This document shows, one piece after another, positions 62,372 through 64,000 of a stretch of DNA of 64,000 bases (position 1 is the stretch's first letter; each line of letters opens with the position of its first letter). The notes under the pieces were generated by a model. The model did no database searches. It had not been told where the DNA came from and saw only the letters and a list, made by a program, of their open reading frames with translations. The position numbers and the translations under genes are program-made. The DNA lies in the NCBI GenBank assembly GCA_020184695.1, contig JAANOX010000224.1, positions 310,001 to 374,000 of the forward strand. Reading direction: 5' to 3'. The DNA is from Histomonas meleagridis 2922-C6/04-290x. Taxonomy: Eukaryota; Protista; Parabasalia.

Positions 62372-63727
62372 TTATTCCGTTTTTGGATGTTCTTTTTTCA
62401 TCATAATTTTATGATCAACGAATGAAATCGTCGCTGTAAACGAAGCGAACACCACCCAACCCGCCATTAACACGAACACAGTTATATAGAAAAACGCGAG
62501 CCAATTAAACAAAGGCGTTCCATCACTAAATGCGTTATACGTCGGCATAATATTATCGCCAAGTGTAAAACTCACCAAAATCTCAACCATTGACACAATC
62601 GAATGTGCTTTTTCAGCAACACTCGAAAACATAAAAATACCAAACAAAAAGAATGCAAAAATAATTGGAACAAATCCAAGTATAACATCAACAATCATAA
62701 AAATTCCTTCTCGGATAATTTCAACAAAATGATATGAATAATCATTAAATTGAAACCATTGTAATGCCGACAGAAACATAAAGAATGATGATACAGCAAA
62801 GTATTGTAATGTTAATAATGATGGATACTCAGTTAATTTCAAACATTCCACAAACACGACGATGCAGGCGGTTATGATCAGACAGCTCACAAATATTTCG
62901 TAAACTAGCCAAACGCCAAAAGTGTAATGAAACTGTTGACGAGGTTTTAATTCTTGATAAATAACATCAGTATCAAGCCAATGATGATGTTTCGCCCAAC
63001 GTTGACGGTGTTCATAGAAAAGAATAAAAAGATGAATTAAGGATGATATGAAAAGAGGACGAATAGCTTCAATTGATTTGAAATAATAATGAAGATGCTT
63101 ACGATCGATTTTACGACCTTTAATAGAGTCTCCTTCAAGAGGACATCGATGACGAATGATTTTGGAACTTAGAAAGAAGGCTGGATCAGAATTTACACAT
63201 GATACAATAACAAGAAATTCCCATAAACTACAACCTGGAACTGGTCTACGAGATGAAAAAACATAAATCGGAACTGAGGTACGTATTGTAGTGATGTTTT
63301 TGAGTGATTCTGAAGTGATGGATGGTTCAAAAATAATTGATTCCGTTCCATTATTATATGTAAAATGATGGTACACAAGCGTTGTTTCATTTGGAAAGTC
63401 AATGTCCATGAGAAAATCGGTTTTAATACTTTCAGCTTTTTCTTGAATTTCTTGATAGTAATTATTAATGAAAGATGCCGTAGCTACCGAAGTTTCATGA
63501 GTTTCTAAAAAAAATACTGATTTGAAAACTCCACGGATATTGTAAGCATCCATCTGAACAGGTTCAAGTACATTCATTAAGTACATCCAGCAACAAAAAA
63601 CTTCGATAATGTGGAAAAGTTTTCTCATTGTAAACCTATGATATATCCGCCATGTTTCAAGAGTGCCAATATTGTTAAAATATGATAAAGAAATTGGAAA
63701 TGTCACAAGACGAATTCTTAGAGGCAT
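62372..63727 (-). CDS. mucolipin/polycystin (TRPML-like) cation channel
   Basis: Six-TM pattern with a large first loop, pore-like SFTLGDNIMPTY and S6 YITVFVLMAGWVVFASFTATI. ATG at 63727. Confidence 0.7.
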   Translation of the reverse strand: MPLRIRLVTFPISLSYFNNIGTLETWRIYHRFTMRKLFHIIEVFCCWMYLMNVLEPVQMDAYNIRGVFKSVFFLETHETSVATASFINNYYQEIQEKAESIKTDFLMDIDFPNETTLVYHHFTYNNGTESIIFEPSITSESLKNITTIRTSVPIYVFSSRRPVPGCSLWEFLVIVSCVNSDPAFFLSSKIIRHRCPLEGDSIKGRKIDRKHLHYYFKSIEAIRPLFISSLIHLFILFYEHRQRWAKHHHWLDTDVIYQELKPRQQFHYTFGVWLVYEIFVSCLIITACIVVFVECLKLTEYPSLLTLQYFAVSSFFMFLSALQWFQFNDYSYHFVEIIREGIFMIVDVILGFVPIIFAFFLFGIFMFSSVAEKAHSIVSMVEILVSFTLGDNIMPTYNAFSDGTPLFNWLAFFYITVFVLMAGWVVFASFTATISFVDHKIMMKKEHPKTE

Positions 63728-64000
63728 TTCCTTTCTGCTGTTAACGTTTGCAACTTTAGGGTGCCCCTCAATAAACAATTGAAATCATTTATCGTTTCTT
63801 GATTCACCACTGCTATATGTTACAAGCATTATTAAATTGGTCATGAACACTTGCTTGTCTTTTAAAAAACTTGATTTGTTCCAACATTATAGATATAATA
63901 AATGTTTTGAAAGTATGTTATTTTTCTTGATTTTTAACTTACTCTCGAACCAAACATTGTGTGTTAAATCTAATTTTAGCCTTGAAGTCACAGAAGAAAA

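Noticed and set aside
239-63402. Many 60-130-aa ORFs antisense to, or frame-shifted within, larger genes (e.g. 19441-19827, 40679-41086, 58858-59253, 59780-60109)
   Set aside because: These are shadows of real CDSs with no independent motifs.

Overview
Gene-dense, very AT-rich, almost intron-free eukaryotic DNA. It is most likely from a parabasalid (Tritrichomonas/Trichomonas/Histomonas-like). This is inferred from DUF3447-type ankyrin genes, a BspA surface protein, a relic IBP39-type initiator-binding-domain gene and M5/M3-like promoter motifs. About 38 protein genes are visible, including an LRR-PP2C, TBC-like, HMG-box, thioredoxin, E2, Myb, CDC20, TRRAP-like, RPL14, RPL30, Maf, BUD31, meckelin, Sec24-like, OSBP, KRR1 and TRPML-like. 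The standout feature is in two paralogous ankyrin genes (2792-5022 on +, 20148-23808 on -). Their ORF-track calls stop early, but intact ankyrin repeats continue downstream as 87-93-nt open segments. Every segment is separated from the next by an AT-rich spacer at the same point, the beta-hairpin between KD/KN and TAL. There are 20 spacers, 15 of them exactly 80 nt. They lack GT-AG ends, and most carry a TATTTGGAA-like motif whose GG(A/T) ends exactly 20 nt before the next segment. This looks like an unrecognised non-canonical intron, bypass or cassette system. All counts were made by hand and no database searches were run.
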